Part shown: positions 27,201 to 27,989 of the stretch, in pieces | Numbering within the stretch: the first letter of the stretch is position 1 | How the letters are laid out: every line of letters begins with the position of its first letter | Assembly (NCBI GenBank): GCA_046262595.1 | Contig: JBHEMM010000021.1 | Coordinates: forward strand, 1 to 27,989 | Origin: Vulcanimicrobiaceae bacterium | GTDB taxonomy: Bacteria > Vulcanimicrobiota > Vulcanimicrobiia > Vulcanimicrobiales > Vulcanimicrobiaceae | DNA: 27,989 nucleotides | Reading direction: 5' to 3' | The notes under the pieces: generated by a model | What the model saw: only the letters and a program-made list of their open reading frames with translations | Database searches by the model: none | Told to the model about the DNA's origin: nothing | Position numbers and translations under genes: made by a program

Positions 27201-27528
27201 TGCGGGCCGCGTCGGCTACAAGCTCAATGGCGACGGATACTATCTCGCGCACAGTTCGGTTGCGGGCGTGCGCATCACCCAATCGCTCGGCGCGCGGTTC
27301 GACATCGCCGGCGAAGTGCGCGCGATGGCTGCCGGGAACGTTGCGTCCGCGCGTTCTTCGGATTTTGCAGCCGAGATCGGCTACAAAGCGGGCGGCGCGC
27401 GGCTGTCGGGCGGGTACAATTTCTCTGGTGCGGTCGACCCGTCGCTTACCGGACATCCGCAGCGCAAAGGCTTGTATGTGATGGTAACGGCGCTTGTCGA
27501 TCGCATCTTCGGCTGGGGCAAGCCGTGA
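24253..27528 (+). CDS. Large predicted outer-membrane beta-barrel protein with N-terminal Ig-like domains
   Basis: It has its own signal peptide and an Ig-like region (ADGKTT..VDQW). Motifs YQTYGDSS and RNVDYTIDYATGAL are followed by several hundred residues of alternating amphipathic strands ending in GYNFSG..KGLYV. Confidence 0.75.
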   Translation: MIRRSFARLLQAVAVLLICVAGVGSTLFFTRAQDDSKPQYSDLSHLKLTATRRLPANVIAPQDGASISGAATQVTVETVNGAGVELQVNGEIVPVRNLGRMSVSKAGTTQFEYFGVLLRAGPNTLLATAIGAGGARGASQSETIFGAGPPVAIHVSMLGSLVADGKTTARLIVDAVDQWNHPAMSGSEVRVKILQGRARVGNAGQSDPAAGASPAPSAFATSLPASGTSSPQAHYVLAQGGRIVIPLTASLEPGTLQLQVAVNDITDTQSYTIAPYLRAPFVNGIISAGAGNVPAAVDGDGRYDGGGARKERLAIYANGKVGRASSLTFSYESQNRLEESSSLGPFVSNPDERPYQTYGDSSRVTSDFHSTDRLYARIDNGRNNLMWGQYTAAVGDPQGVAHYEQQISGLKGEATLGRPGQGHVMAFTAHDRTGYVAFTTPVSGLGALLAPLHPNVVIGSDVLTLVALDRRTGAAASQTPLTRNVDYTIDYATGALRFLNVPLPFDQNFNPQLLYIQYQYQGPDVKSETSGFDFRYALARNGSATFDFGYLNDASGTTNYSLATQSLSGRMPTGDWRFSRATSNGSAPTAASFGETPASRGSATSFALNEHVRGNEIAFNYQNTGAGFANPFGGFNVTGLENIQATFAHRTRSQSAFTLSLSQQRNTGGSGGSTGVEQNVVASWQAAIAKALAVTLGFQAQRETNGPGAIVPGHTPVQPVNGSSAGLQAGLQWKASRRLSVSVQHAASLGGNSQILPSQTAAEADYDLPTQGRLYVRELLGGGVSSFASSTSSLTNASLGSRSTQIGIQRTIGSTTALDTSYLIADTGNETNVYTTLGVQETFHLGKRLSGNATFESARSTGASPGGFSTLGTGLTYSDLKDFRASFSMQTRGGGGGGMTMNGGAAGHIGQNLALMGSFNETFGNGLSIVDDRISLAFRPSQNDRFISLLGLDRQSGGYTNTAGTSDILSFEEVYRPTLTTEIAGRVGYKLNGDGYYLAHSSVAGVRITQSLGARFDIAGEVRAMAAGNVASARSSDFAAEIGYKAGGARLSGGYNFSGAVDPSLTGHPQRKGLYVMVTALVDRIFGWGKP

Positions 27529-27989
27529 GCCGCGGCGGCAAACGGCTTGTAAAACGCACTGCGGTTGGACTGGTTCTGCTCGCGCAGGTGTACGCGTTCG
27601 TTCCGGCGCCGGCGCAAGAACGGCAGACGTACGCCTTTGCCGCAAGCGTCACGTGCCCAACCACGCCCGGAAACTATGTCGCCGGCGGGACGCTGGCCGC
27701 CGGCGTGAACAGCTATTGGCAGCCGCCCGCGGGGACGCTTGCGGCAGGCTCCACGACGTTTTCGCTGGGAACGATCGACACCGCGGGCGGCGGCGCCTCC
27801 ACAACGCCGAGCGCCGGCGACGAACTGTTGCTGATCCAGATGCAAGACGGATCCATCAATACGGCCAACAGCGCGGCTTACGGCGGCGGGGGCACCGGCG
27901 GCACCGGTTTCACTTCGCTCGGCAACGCCGGCTTGTACGAGTACGTATCGGTAACCGGCGTGGCGGGTTCCACAATGACGATCCAGGGC
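27525..27989 (+). CDS. Exported adhesin-like protein, 3'-partial (absent from the ORF track)
   Basis: GTGA overlap, and the frame is open to the window end: MSRGGKRLVKRTAVGLVLLAQVYAFVPAPAQ...GDELLLIQMQDGSINTANSAAYGG...GNAGLYEYV. Confidence 0.75.
   Translation, partial: MSRGGKRLVKRTAVGLVLLAQVYAFVPAPAQERQTYAFAASVTCPTTPGNYVAGGTLAAGVNSYWQPPAGTLAAGSTTFSLGTIDTAGGGASTTPSAGDELLLIQMQDGSINTANSAAYGGGGTGGTGFTSLGNAGLYEYVSVTGVAGSTMTIQG

Noticed and set aside
27687..27749. Duplicated GTLAAG peptide in the last ORF
   Set aside because: It is short, has synonymous differences between the two copies and is low complexity; it is not a repeat array.
1..27989. CRISPR arrays, tRNA/rRNA genes, transposases, integrases and phage genes
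   Set aside because: None was seen. The window is almost entirely covered by protein-coding genes with no regularly spaced repeats.

Overview
This is a GC-rich bacterial chromosomal window with three blocks. (1) 1-3911: a partial ABC substrate-binding protein, hflX and a PDZ-less trypsin-like lipoprotein on the + strand, converging on a K+ channel family gene (no canonical start codon visible) and a small lipoprotein on the - strand. (2) 4027-18866: a complete 14-gene respiratory complex I operon (nuoA-N) with a Rex-like operator upstream. It has an unrelated secreted-protein gene between nuoF and nuoG, and NuoL lacks two normally conserved charged residues. (3) 19010-end: a tightly coupled operon of at least 5 exported proteins, namely a small DUF11-like protein, a large Cys-paired S/T/P-rich DUF11-like protein, a DUF11 + SdrD-B-like protein, a large predicted outer-membrane beta-barrel and a partial adhesin-like gene. 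The best candidate for an undescribed system is block 3. Its pattern of N-terminal Asn-containing hairpins and C-terminally truncated DUF11-like domains suggests a sortase-independent fibre polymerised by donor-strand complementation, possibly locked by intermolecular isopeptide bonds. All family assignments come from motifs recognised by eye; no database search was run.
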